Positions 23,654 through 33,300 of a DNA stretch of 41,332 nucleotides are shown here, in pieces. Position 1 is the first letter of the stretch. Every line of letters begins with the position of its first letter. The notes beneath the pieces are model-generated. The model made no database searches, was not told the DNA's origin, and worked only from the letters and a program-made list of their open reading frames with translations. The stretch lies in the IMG/VR virus record IMGVR_UViG_3300027907_000008; one strand, written 5' to 3'. The DNA comes from a virus. The translations under genes were made by a program, and so were the position numbers.

Positions 23654-24034
23654 ATGCCGGGATTGATTGGCGTTGCCCAGACCATCAGTCGACGACAGAA
23701 GCACGTGACGCTCGTCGTGCTCGGTCCGCCCGAGCCTGACGGCGAAGGCGGCTTCGTGCGACCGGACGTGCCGCTCGTGCCCGGAGACAGCTGGGCACGC
23801 GTGCGCCCCGCGTCCCAAAGCGACATGGAAGCGCTCGCCGCAGGCACGGTGCTCACGCAAGCGACGCATCTGGTGTCGCTGCCCTATCACCCGCAGATCA
23901 CGACCGAGACGATCGTCCTCGTCGAAAACTACCCGAATCCCGATCGGCGACTGTCGGTGCTGTATCGCGGTGACCCAGACGAGCGCAGCGCCGAGCTCGA
24001 CTTGTTGTGCAGCGAGGTCGTCGATGCGTCTTGA
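23654..24034 (+). CDS. Head closure / head-tail adaptor protein
   Basis: RRQKHVTLVV..PDGEGGF...SWARVRPASQSDMEA...THLVSLPYHPQIT follows the head-closure (SPP1 gp16-like) pattern. Confidence 0.75.
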   Translation: MPGLIGVAQTISRRQKHVTLVVLGPPEPDGEGGFVRPDVPLVPGDSWARVRPASQSDMEALAAGTVLTQATHLVSLPYHPQITTETIVLVENYPNPDRRLSVLYRGDPDERSAELDLLCSEVVDAS

Positions 24035-24917
24035 TCAAGTCATCCTGCGCACGACGCGCGCGACACAGCCGCTCGCGACGGCGGTGCCTCCCGGGGCGCT
24101 CTGCTTCGTGCTCGACGAACACAAGACCGAACGCAGCAGCGGCAGTGCATGGGAAGACGTGACCGACGTCACGTCGATCCCGCCGCCGCCCGTGATTGAC
24201 GTCGCGGCGCTGCATCTGCGCACGACGCGCGGGGCGCAGCCCGTCGCGACGACGGTGCCGGTGGGCACGCTGTGCTTTGTGAGTGACGAGAACAAGACGG
24301 AGCGCAGCAACGGCAGCGCATGGCAGACCTACTCGGACGTCACGCCCCCGCCTGCGATCCCGACCGCTGCAGGACTGCATCAGATCGGCACGCGCGCCGC
24401 GCAGCCCGTCGCGTCGAGCGTCGCGATCGGGACCGTCTATTACGTCAGCAACGAAGGCAAGCTCGAACGATCGAGCGGCAGCGCGTGGCAGGAATTCAGT
24501 TGGCTGCCCGACACGGGCACGTTCACGCCGATACTGACGTTCGGCGGCGCAGCGACGGGCATCGTCTATGCGACGCAATTCGGACGCTATCTCGCGCTGG
24601 GTCCGTGGGTCGCCTTCAACGCGCTGGTCGAGCTCACGAGCAAGGGCACCGCGACGGGCAATAACTTGATCAGCGGCTTTCCGTTTACGGATGCCGCGAT
24701 GTACTACACACCGATCGCGATGCAAGCCGAGGGCATGGCGGGCACGGGCACCGTGGGCATGGGGGCGATCATGCTGGGTCCGTGGGCGGGCGCGAACGCG
24801 GGCGGGATCGAAGTCGTGTATTCGAGCCGACTGCGACTCACCGACGCCAACTTCTCGAACACGTCACGCATTGCCTTGTCGGGGCTGATGCTGCGCACGA
24901 CGAGCGTGCCGTGGTGA
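24024..24917 (+). CDS. Repeat-containing fibre-like protein (297 aa): three ~40-aa repeats plus a C-terminal domain paralogous to that of 29594-30280
   Basis: The repeats are LRTTRATQPLATAVPPGALCFVLDEHKTERSSGSAWEDV, LRTTRGAQPVATTVPVGTLCFVSDENKTERSNGSAWQTY and IGTRAAQPVASSVAIGTVYYVSNEGKLERSSGSAWQEF. Confidence 0.7.
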   Translation: MRLDQVILRTTRATQPLATAVPPGALCFVLDEHKTERSSGSAWEDVTDVTSIPPPPVIDVAALHLRTTRGAQPVATTVPVGTLCFVSDENKTERSNGSAWQTYSDVTPPPAIPTAAGLHQIGTRAAQPVASSVAIGTVYYVSNEGKLERSSGSAWQEFSWLPDTGTFTPILTFGGAATGIVYATQFGRYLALGPWVAFNALVELTSKGTATGNNLISGFPFTDAAMYYTPIAMQAEGMAGTGTVGMGAIMLGPWAGANAGGIEVVYSSRLRLTDANFSNTSRIALSGLMLRTTSVPW

Positions 24918-24921
24918 CGCG

Positions 24922-25380
24922 ATGAGCGCGAACAATCGCATCCATTGGGTCGGGCTCGACGAGTTGCGGGCGGCGCTGCTGCAGCTGCCCGAGGCTCTGG
25001 CGAGCGACGCGGAGACGATTGTCAACGACGCGGCGCAAGCGGCCTTCGATGAGATATACGCGGCGTATCCCGTGCGCACGGGCAATCTGCGCAACGGGCT
25101 CAAGGTGCAGACGCTCAGTCACGCATTCGACGCACGGGTCGGCTCGCGGGCGCTGGGCGCGGGCGCGATCCTCTACAACAACGCGCCGCATGCGTACATA
25201 TTCGAGCACGGGACCGAAGCGCGACACACCGACATCGGCGCCGATCGCGGGCGCATGCCTCCGGGCAAGGTGTTCATCCCGCGCGTGATGCGCCATCGAC
25301 GTCGCATGTACGAAGAGCTCGTCGCGATGATGGAGTCGCACGGGCTGCTGGTGACGGGCAGCGTGTATGCCGCCGCCTGA
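24922..25380 (+). CDS. HK97 gp10-family tail-attachment/neck protein
   Basis: YPVRTGNLRNGL....YNNAPHAYIFEHGTEARHT is characteristic of the gp10 family. Confidence 0.8.
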   Translation: MSANNRIHWVGLDELRAALLQLPEALASDAETIVNDAAQAAFDEIYAAYPVRTGNLRNGLKVQTLSHAFDARVGSRALGAGAILYNNAPHAYIFEHGTEARHTDIGADRGRMPPGKVFIPRVMRHRRRMYEELVAMMESHGLLVTGSVYAAA

Positions 25381-25798
25381 CAGCAACGCGATCGACACGG
25401 CGCTGGTGTCGAAGCTGTGGAACGACTCCGCGCTGCGCGCGCTCATGCCCGGAGGCGTCTATTTCGACTATGCCCCGGCGAACATGGATCGCTTCGTCAT
25501 CGTGTCACTCGACGCGAGCGACGACGTGCCGCGCTTCAACGGCAGGGCAATCGAAAGCGCGCGCTATCTGGTCAAGGCGGTGCAGCGCGCGACGGGACGC
25601 GACGACGTCGCCGAGGCCGCAGCACGCATCGACGTGCTGCTCGAAGATCAGACGCTCACCGCAGCGGGTTACGGCTGCGTCGCGTGCTATCGCGAAGAGC
25701 GGGTGCGCTTCGTCGAAGTCGACGACCTCGACGCGTCGATTCGCTGGCAGCATCGCGGCGCGCACTATCGCATCCAAATGACGCCACTCGTCGAATGA
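25367..25798 (+). CDS. Tail completion/terminator-like protein (DUF3168-like)
   Basis: The pattern IDTALVSKLWNDSALRALMPGGVYFDYAP...RFVIVSL fits, as does the position before the major tail gene. Confidence 0.65.
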   Translation: MPPPDSNAIDTALVSKLWNDSALRALMPGGVYFDYAPANMDRFVIVSLDASDDVPRFNGRAIESARYLVKAVQRATGRDDVAEAAARIDVLLEDQTLTAAGYGCVACYREERVRFVEVDDLDASIRWQHRGAHYRIQMTPLVE

Positions 25799-25808
25799 AA
25801 GGGACATC

Positions 25809-26285
25809 ATGATCAAGAGCGGACGGTACGGCGAGGTGTATTGGGACCCCACGGGCGCGACGACGCTCGCGAAGGTGCTCTCGCTCAACAAGTGGAAGGC
25901 CGACTTCAAGACGGACAAGATCGACGTCACGTGCTTCGGTGACAGCAACAAGGTGTACGTGCCGGGCATGAAGGACGTCAGCGGCGACTTCGGCGGCTTC
26001 TATAACAGCGCCGACTTGACGATCTTCGAGGCGGCGGATCAGGACACCCCCGGCAAGCTCAAGCTCGTGCCCAACAGCACGGAGGCGACGTTCTTCTGGT
26101 CGGGGCTCGCCTACATGGACGCGTCGATCGACACGAGCGTCGACGGGGCGCCTGCGGTTACGGGCACGTGGATGGCGGCGGGTCCGTGGACGCTCGCGCA
26201 GACGCTGGCGGCGACGGCGGTGAAGGCGCCCGTGCCCATCTGGGACGCGGAACAACAGCGCTGGACGTTGCCGAGCGCGGCGTGA
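25809..26285 (+). CDS. Major tail protein (158 aa)
   Basis: RBS gaaagggacatcATG. SLNKWKADFKTDKIDVTCFGDSNKVYVPGMKDVSGDFGGFY is typical of siphovirus tail-tube proteins. Confidence 0.75.
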   Translation: MIKSGRYGEVYWDPTGATTLAKVLSLNKWKADFKTDKIDVTCFGDSNKVYVPGMKDVSGDFGGFYNSADLTIFEAADQDTPGKLKLVPNSTEATFFWSGLAYMDASIDTSVDGAPAVTGTWMAAGPWTLAQTLAATAVKAPVPIWDAEQQRWTLPSAA

Positions 26286-26288
26286 CGC

Positions 26289-26579
26289 ATGTTCGCGTCG
26301 CTGACGCTGACGGGCGTGCGCGGCTCGATCGTCTGGGCCTATCACGACGCGGCGACGATTGCGCAGTGGGTCGTGCGTCGCTCACGTGACGAGCAGACGC
26401 AGCAATGGCGCTGGCGGCTGGCGGCGACGCTCGGCCCCAGCGTCGACCGCTTCAAGCTGCGGCAGCGTCCGCTGCGCTTCGTCGCGCCGCGTCACGGTGG
26501 CTTCTGGTGCTGGCAGTTGCGTGAGCTCACGCTGACTGATCGCACGCTCGTCGCGAACCTCGACCCCCCGGAGTATTGA
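26289..26579 (+). CDS. Hypothetical protein (96 aa) between the tail tube and chaperone genes
   Basis: ATG ORF, W/R-rich, no recognisable family. Confidence 0.55.
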   Translation: MFASLTLTGVRGSIVWAYHDAATIAQWVVRRSRDEQTQQWRWRLAATLGPSVDRFKLRQRPLRFVAPRHGGFWCWQLRELTLTDRTLVANLDPPEY

Positions 26580-26582
26580 ACG

Positions 26583-27059
26583 ATGACACGCTGTCGGTTC
26601 GTACGGCCCGAGCTCGTCACCCTCACCCTGAGCGACGGCGACACGCTCACGGTCAAGCAGCGCCTGACGGCAGGCGAGCAGCGCGCGGCGTATGCGCGCA
26701 TGTACGAGACGGGCAAAGTGAATCCGCTGCAGACGGGCGTCGCGATGATCATCGCCTATCTCGTCGACTGGTCACTGGTCGGACTCGACGGCACGGTGCT
26801 GCCGATTCGCGGCCTGTCGGTCGACGAGCTTGAGCACGTGCTCAACGGACTGGACACCGAAGACTTCATCGAGATCAAGGACGCGATCGAAGCGCACGAG
26901 CAGCAGCAGCGCGCCACGCGCGAGCGAGAAAAAAAAACACCCCGTTCTGGCGTGAATGGCGCCGAAGCGACCTCGCCATCGCGATCCGTACCGGCTGGCG
27001 CGTCGAATGGGTCCGAGCGCTCGACGACGACGACTATCGACTCGTCGTCGAGCTCCTGA
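26583..27059 (+). CDS. Tail assembly chaperone (G-like), zero-frame product
   Basis: The position immediately upstream of the tape measure fits, as does RLTAGEQRAAYARMYE...IAYLVDWSL. A slippery A-run lies near the 3-prime end. Confidence 0.8.
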   Translation: MTRCRFVRPELVTLTLSDGDTLTVKQRLTAGEQRAAYARMYETGKVNPLQTGVAMIIAYLVDWSLVGLDGTVLPIRGLSVDELEHVLNGLDTEDFIEIKDAIEAHEQQQRATREREKKTPRSGVNGAEATSPSRSVPAGASNGSERSTTTTIDSSSSS

Positions 27060-27157
27060 AGGGACGCGACGTGTCACACGACGACGCGCAGACACAGCCG
27101 CCACAGTCGACGACGACGCACGACGTCGACGCGCTCGCGCGGCTGCTCGACGAGTAA
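26583..27157 (+). CDS. Tail assembly chaperone frameshift fusion (GT-like product); frame shifts by -1 at 26929-26937
   Basis: My translation of the -1 frame is NTPFWREWRRSDLAIAIRTGWRVEWVRALDDDDYRLVVELLKGRDVSHDDAQTQPPQSTTTHDVDALARLLDE*. It ends 6 nt before the tape measure ATG. Confidence 0.65.
26929..26937 (+). other. Programmed -1 ribosomal frameshift slippery site (A9; A_AAA_AAA in the G frame)
   Basis: gcgagcgagAAAAAAAAAcacccc. The -1 frame downstream is open and protein-like up to TAA 27155-27157. Confidence 0.7.
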
Positions 27158-27163
27158 CCCACG

Positions 27164-29581
27164 ATGGCGATCACCGGACGCTTCGAGGCGGACTTCACAC
27201 CCTTCATGACGGCGGTGCAAGCCGCCGAGGTCGAGCTCAAGGGTCTGGAGACGAGCTCGTCGCGCGTCGAGAAGTCGCTCAATCGCATGGTCGACCAATT
27301 CAGCGGTCGGCGCATGATTCAGGACGCGAACCTGATGGCCGAAGCCGTCGAGCGCATCGGCGGCGTCTCGCAGCTGACGCAGTCCGAGCTTGAGCGGGTC
27401 GGCGCGAAGGCAGCAGAAGCCGCTGAGAAAATGCGCGCGATCGGGATGGACGTGCCCGAGCGACTGCAGAACCTCGCGCTGCATGCGAAGGACGGCGCGA
27501 GCGCGCTCGATCGCATGGGCGTCGCGGTCGGCACGTTCATCGGCAACTTCGCCTTCGACCTCGTGCAGCGCGGCGTGTCGTCGATCATGGGCATCGGGAC
27601 CGCTGCGTTCGAGTCTGCAGGACACATCGCCGATCTGTCGCAGAAGCTGGGCATCAGCGCCGAAGCGGTGCAGGGCTTTGACTATGCCGCGAAGCAGACG
27701 GGCACGACGATCGACAGCTTCGCCGGAGCGATTAACAAGCTCAATATCAATCTCGCCAAGGGCGACGACAGCACGATCAACGCCCTGAAGTCACTCGGGC
27801 TCGAGTACGACGCGATCCGTGCGATGAAACCCGAGGACGCATTCCTCGCCATCGCTGACGGGATCGCCGCGATGCCCGACCCGATGGAGCGCGCGCGGGT
27901 CGGCACGGAGTTAATGGGCAAGGGCTTCGCCGACGTGCTGCCAGCAATCATGAGCGGACTGCGCGACACGGCCGACAGCGCCGCCAAGATGAGCGACGAG
28001 ACAGTCGACCGACTCGATCGCGCGGGCGACGCGTGGCAGGCGCTGTACGACAAGGTCGTCATCGTCACTGGCGGGATCATCGCGGAGGTGATTGCAGCGG
28101 GCGAGAAAATGCAAGCGGCGTATCGCGAGATGGGCGCGGGCGGAACCATCATGTTCTCACTGCGCAGTATGCTCGCGGGCATCACGGGCGACTATGGCTT
28201 CGTCGCCGACGCTGCGCAAGACGCGGCCAACACGATCTGGGGCTCGGGCGTGCCCGCGATGGACGACCAAGCCAACGCCATCGAGAACGCACGCGAGACG
28301 ATGCGGCAGTACGAAGAGCAGCAGAAGGCGCGACAGAAGGCCGAGCGCGAAGCGGCCGCCGAAGCGAAGAAAGCCGCAGAGGAATTCACGAAGTGGGGCG
28401 AGACGTTCGAGAAGGTCACGGCCAAGGCGCAGCCGTGGCAAGACGTGCTCGCGACGAATGACGCGCAGCTGAATGAGTGGGTACAGACGCTGCTGCGCGC
28501 GGGCAACTCCGTCGAGGACATCGCGAAAGCCTACAGCGTGAGCACGGGCATCGTCGAAGCGAACAGCCGCGCGCTGCGTGAGAACGATGCGACGCTCAAG
28601 ATGATTGAGCGCACGTATAGCGACCTGACGTCGTTGACCGATCAGTACAACCAGCTGGTCGAAGAGCGCACGCTGACGACGACCGAGCGGCAGATCGCCG
28701 ACATCAATCGCTGGGCCGACACCTACAAGGGGCGGCTGATGGAGCGCGGCACGCTGACGGCGGACAGCGAGAACATGATCGACGCGATCCGCAGCGAGAA
28801 GATCGCCAAGCTCATGGTTAATGAGCAGACGCTGCACGAGGCGAGCATCGCCAATCTCGCCGAGCGCGCGCAGATCGAACAGAACACGCTGCAGACGATG
28901 GTCGACGCGGAGGTCGGCACGTATACGCCCGCGATGATTGAGGCGCAACGCGAGAAGGTCCGAGCCGCCGCCGAAGCCGCTGGTCTGTTCTATGACGCGT
29001 GGGGCACCGCCCTCGGACAGATCCCCGGCTTGGCGGGCGAGGCGGCTGACGGCATCGTCAACGAATTCGATCGCGCGACGGAGCACGTCGTCACGTCATG
29101 GTCCGAAGCGATGGACCAAGTTCGACAGGGCAAGGGCGTCATGGAAGGCGCCGTCGAGGGCGGTCCCGGCACGATGACCGATTACGGGCCGTGGGGCTCA
29201 GCCGAGCACAAAGCCGCCGTGGCGAAGGCGTACGCGGCGGGGCGCTACTTTGGTCCGGTCAAGCAGCGCGCGCCGAATCCGTATCGACTGCCGGGCATGT
29301 CGTACGACGTCGACTGGGAAGCGCTCGGCATTCCGGGCACGGTGTATCCGAAAGCGGCGGGTGGACCCGTCGACGCGCGTGCGCCGTATCTGGTTGGCGA
29401 GCAGGGACCCGAGCTCTTCGTCCCGACGACGAGCGGCAGCATTGTGCCCAACGGCGCGACAGGCAGCGTCGTCGTCAACAACACGTTTCACGTCAACGGC
29501 ACGGGACGCGACGTCGCGCGCGTCGTGCTCGACGAAATCAACAAGCAGATTCGAGTCGGGCGCAAGTGGCCCGCCGTGTAG
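27164..29581 (+). CDS. Tape measure protein (805 aa)
   Basis: Its size, its position and its long helical Ala/Glu/Gln-rich sequence with Gly-rich hydrophobic segments fit a tape measure. Confidence 0.9.
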   Translation: MAITGRFEADFTPFMTAVQAAEVELKGLETSSSRVEKSLNRMVDQFSGRRMIQDANLMAEAVERIGGVSQLTQSELERVGAKAAEAAEKMRAIGMDVPERLQNLALHAKDGASALDRMGVAVGTFIGNFAFDLVQRGVSSIMGIGTAAFESAGHIADLSQKLGISAEAVQGFDYAAKQTGTTIDSFAGAINKLNINLAKGDDSTINALKSLGLEYDAIRAMKPEDAFLAIADGIAAMPDPMERARVGTELMGKGFADVLPAIMSGLRDTADSAAKMSDETVDRLDRAGDAWQALYDKVVIVTGGIIAEVIAAGEKMQAAYREMGAGGTIMFSLRSMLAGITGDYGFVADAAQDAANTIWGSGVPAMDDQANAIENARETMRQYEEQQKARQKAEREAAAEAKKAAEEFTKWGETFEKVTAKAQPWQDVLATNDAQLNEWVQTLLRAGNSVEDIAKAYSVSTGIVEANSRALRENDATLKMIERTYSDLTSLTDQYNQLVEERTLTTTERQIADINRWADTYKGRLMERGTLTADSENMIDAIRSEKIAKLMVNEQTLHEASIANLAERAQIEQNTLQTMVDAEVGTYTPAMIEAQREKVRAAAEAAGLFYDAWGTALGQIPGLAGEAADGIVNEFDRATEHVVTSWSEAMDQVRQGKGVMEGAVEGGPGTMTDYGPWGSAEHKAAVAKAYAAGRYFGPVKQRAPNPYRLPGMSYDVDWEALGIPGTVYPKAAGGPVDARAPYLVGEQGPELFVPTTSGSIVPNGATGSVVVNNTFHVNGTGRDVARVVLDEINKQIRVGRKWPAV

Positions 29582-29593
29582 GAGAGGACTGCT

Positions 29594-30280
29594 ATGGCCG
29601 CGCCGCTCGATCGCTCGTGGTACAACACGCTCGTCGATGATGACGGCAGCGGACAGACGGGCACCGTCTGGGACAAGTCGCAAGTGAACGCGCTCATGAA
29701 CACGATCGACAGCGCGTTCGTCTCGCATGTCGATCGCACGGGCACCCCCGCCTTGGGTCAGATCGCCGTGTTCACGGATGCCGACACGCTGCGCGGCGAC
29801 GCGCTGCTGACGCCACCGAACGGGCAGATCAAATTTCCCACCACGCAAGTCCCGAGCAGCGATGCGTACACGCTCGACGACTACCGCGAGCTCCCGTGGA
29901 CCCCCACGATCCTCGCCACGGGCAGCGCGTCTGGGCAGACCTACTCCAAGCAGCAAGGGATGTACACGAAGATCGGGCGACGCATTACGGCGAGTTTTTG
30001 GGTCGCCCTCTCCGCGAAGGGCACACTGACGGGCGACGTGGCGATTGGCGGCTTTCCCTACCCCCCGGGGCCGAGCGAATCGGCGATCGCGACCGTGCTG
30101 TATATCCTGCTGGCGACGACGTGGTCGAACGTGGTCGGGTTCGTGGACAACCAGAATCAAAACATCTTCCTGCGCGGGACCACGGTCCCGGCCACGAATA
30201 ACAACACGCCGCTGCAAGGGACCGACGTCGCGAACACGAGCAACTTCATCGGTACGATTTCGTTTCTCACCGCCAACTAA
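29594..30280 (+). CDS. Tail fibre-like / distal tail protein (228 aa) sharing a C-terminal domain with 24024-24917
   Basis: RBS ggagaggactgctATG. WTPTILATGSASGQTYSKQQGMYTKIGRRITASFWVALSAKGTLTGDVAIGGFPYP aligns with FTPILTFGGAATGIVYATQFGRYLALGPWVAFNALVELTSKGTATGNNLISGFPFT. Confidence 0.7.
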   Translation: MAAPLDRSWYNTLVDDDGSGQTGTVWDKSQVNALMNTIDSAFVSHVDRTGTPALGQIAVFTDADTLRGDALLTPPNGQIKFPTTQVPSSDAYTLDDYRELPWTPTILATGSASGQTYSKQQGMYTKIGRRITASFWVALSAKGTLTGDVAIGGFPYPPGPSESAIATVLYILLATTWSNVVGFVDNQNQNIFLRGTTVPATNNNTPLQGTDVANTSNFIGTISFLTAN

Positions 30281-30309
30281 CGGATCGGCGCAGGGCGGCG
30301 CGATGATCG

Positions 30310-33300
30310 ATGGCGCGACAAACACAAGCACGGCTCAAAGTCCTGCGGCTGAAGTCTGGACGACTCGGCGCGGGCGTCGTGCGCGTGCAGGCGCGACTCA
30401 AGGTCCTGCGACTCGGCGCGGGACGTCTCAACGCGGTACTGCCGAATGCGCCGAGCGCGCCGATTCCCGCGCACGGCTACGTCGGCGGACCGTACGAGCT
30501 TCGGTGGAGCAGCACGACCGCGCAGACCTATGAGGTCTACTTCGGCACGAGCCCGACGCCCGCGCTCGTCGGCAGCGTCACGACCCCGCGTATCGCCCTG
30601 CCACCGCTGACAGACGGCACCGTCTATTACTGGCGCGTCGTCGCGCACAGCAGCTTCGGCGCCCGCACGTCGCCGACGTGGTCACTCACGGCACGCGCCC
30701 CGACCGCGCCCGTGCTCGTGTCGCCCGCTGACCACAGCGTGAATCAATCGCGCACACCGACGCTGACATGGCAAGCCGTGACCAATGTCACGGATGCCTA
30801 TTACGAGGTGCGGCTCGGCACGAGCACGTCGCAGCCCGCGCTCGTCGCGACGCTCGCGCATCCGACAGCGAGTTACACGGTCGGCACCCCGCTCGCGATC
30901 GGCGTCGCGTATCACTGGCGCGTCGACGCGCGCAACAACGCGGGGCGGCATGGCTCGGTCACGTGGACGTTCACGACGACGAACACGACCGCACTCGTCA
31001 TCAGCATCGGGGGCGCGACGCTCGTGCGCGTGCGTCGTGCGGGCATCGCGATCCATGACGTCATGAATGCAGCGAACACGGCGAGCTTCACTGTCGAGGG
31101 CAGTGCGCCGACGGTGGGACAAGACGTGCGCGTCGGCATCGGCTCGCTCAACGCGAGCGATCTGATCTTCGGCGGGACCATCACGAGCGTGGAGAGTGTG
31201 TATGAGGGCGTGACGCGCAATCGCGCGTGGCGCGTCTCCTGCGAGGACTACACCAACGCGCTCAATCGTCGCAAGGTGCGCCGACGCTATGCGCAGCAGT
31301 CCGCGACGGCGATCGCGCTCGACCTCATGGCGCGCGACGCGCCGCCCGGATTCGCCACCACCGGGATCGTCGCGGGCCTGCCGACGATCGAGGGCGGGAT
31401 CGACTTCACCGACGAAGACTTCGTGCAATGTTTCGCGCGACTCGCCGAGCGCATTGGCGGCTACTGGTATGTGGACTATGCGCGCGCGGTGCATCTCTAC
31501 ACTGAGGAATTGAGCAACGCCCCGGAGCCGATCCTGCCCGACACGCGTCTGCTGCTCAACGACCCGCCGATCGCGCAGACGACCGACGTGTCGCAGATTC
31601 GCACGCGCGTCTATGTCGAGGGTGGCGGCTCGCAGGCACGCGAGCAGATCAACGTCGGCGCGACGAGCATCCCGGTCACTGATGGCACGTGGTACTCGGG
31701 CGCGGGCGGGCTCGTCGTGTCCGGGCCGCAGCGCATTCGCTACACGGGCAAGGGCGTCACTGGCGGACCGGGAGCCCCGACCGCTGCCGCCACGCTCGTC
31801 GCGGGCAATCTGATTGGCGGACCGTATCTGTACAAAGTGACGACCATCGCGGGCAGTGAGTCGCCGCTGTCGGGTCCGTCGAACGCGGTCACGCTGCTGC
31901 AGGTGGTCGAGCCATCGAGCGCGCCGAGTGTGAGTCCGGGGGGCTTCGATGCGCCGACGAGCGCGCCAGACGCGACGCGGGTCGTGGGCGGCTCGATGGC
32001 GAGCGGATCGTATGACTGGCGCGCGACGTTTGCGACGAATGCGGGCGAGACGACCGTGGGCCCGACGAGCGTCGTCGTGTCACTCGGGCCCGAGACGACG
32101 GGCGGGCTCGATCCGAATGCGGGCAGCGTCGCACCCGCTGAGCGTCCTACCGATTGGGGCGGACCGGACGTCGGCAGTCATGCGTACTACACGACGGCGC
32201 TGAATGCCGCAGGCGAGACAACGCCGCGCTTCGCCGCGAACTACTTCGCGCCGTCGCTGGCGGTGCCCGTCGTGAGCGGCATCAATGGACCGGGCGCGGG
32301 CTCGCTGATTTACACCTACGTCATGACCTACGCGACGGCGCTCGGTGAAACGACGCGCTCGGACTCGCGCAGCTTCATCGTGTCGCAGCCCATCTCGACG
32401 TCGGCCGGGATGACGCTGTCGGGTCTACCGCTGGGTCCGAACAACGTCACGCGCAAGCTGTATCGCAGCAAAGGCGCGACCTCTGGTGGGCATCCCGATC
32501 TGTTTGCATGGGGGCTCGTTGCGACGCTCGCGGCGGGCGTGACGCAGATCACCGACACGGTGCCCGATGCGAGTCGCGGCCCCGCCCCACCGACGACGAA
32601 CACGGCGGGCGCCTGCGCGGTCAATCTCGTCATCGTCCGACACGGCGGCGCGGGCGTGACGAAGCGACGCGTGTATCGCACACCGACGACGGGCGGCACG
32701 GCCAAGCTGGTGCTCGAGGTGGACGGCGATCCCGCGAACCTCACGGTCGTCGACACGCTGAAGGACAGCAGTCTGGGCGTCGCCGCGCCGACCGAGAACA
32801 CGACGGGCACGACGACGACCTATGCGAGCGCGTCGCTCACCAACATTCCGATTGGGCCCAGCGGCACGACGAAGCGCAAGCTGTATCGCTGGCTCGCCAC
32901 CGCGGGCGAGTATCGGTTGACGGCGACGATCAACGACAACACGACGACGACCTACACCGACAGCAAGGCGGACGCGTCACTCGGCGCGGCGCCGCCGACG
33001 ACGAACACGATCGGCGGCGCGCTCGGCATCGGCCGGTACTGGTGGGGCGTGAGCTTCGCGACGGCGAATGGGGAAACGCTCACGGGCCCGCTCGTCGCGT
33101 TTGATGTCACGACTGGTGCGGCGACGCTCACGGGCATTCCGACATCGAGCGATGGGCGCGTGACGCAGCGACGCGTCTATCGCACAGCGGTCAATGGCGG
33201 ACCGCTGCTGCTCGAAGCAACGCTCAACGACAACACGACCACGACGCTCACGAGCGCGGGCGCGGATGGCGCGCTCGGCGCGTCGAGTCCCGTCGCCAAC

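Noticed and set aside
26956-27393. ORF in the +1 frame after the chaperone gene, as the possible T-frame.
   Set aside because: Its translation is Arg-rich nonsense and overlaps the tape measure start. The -1 frame entered at the A9 run gives a clean, protein-like extension ending just before the tape measure gene.
30339-30345. AGTCCTG inside the tail-protein 5-prime region matches the operator-like repeat unit of the immunity region (2531-2537).
   Set aside because: A 7-mer match is expected by chance in 41 kb. There is no tandem or inverted arrangement here like that at 2508-2570.
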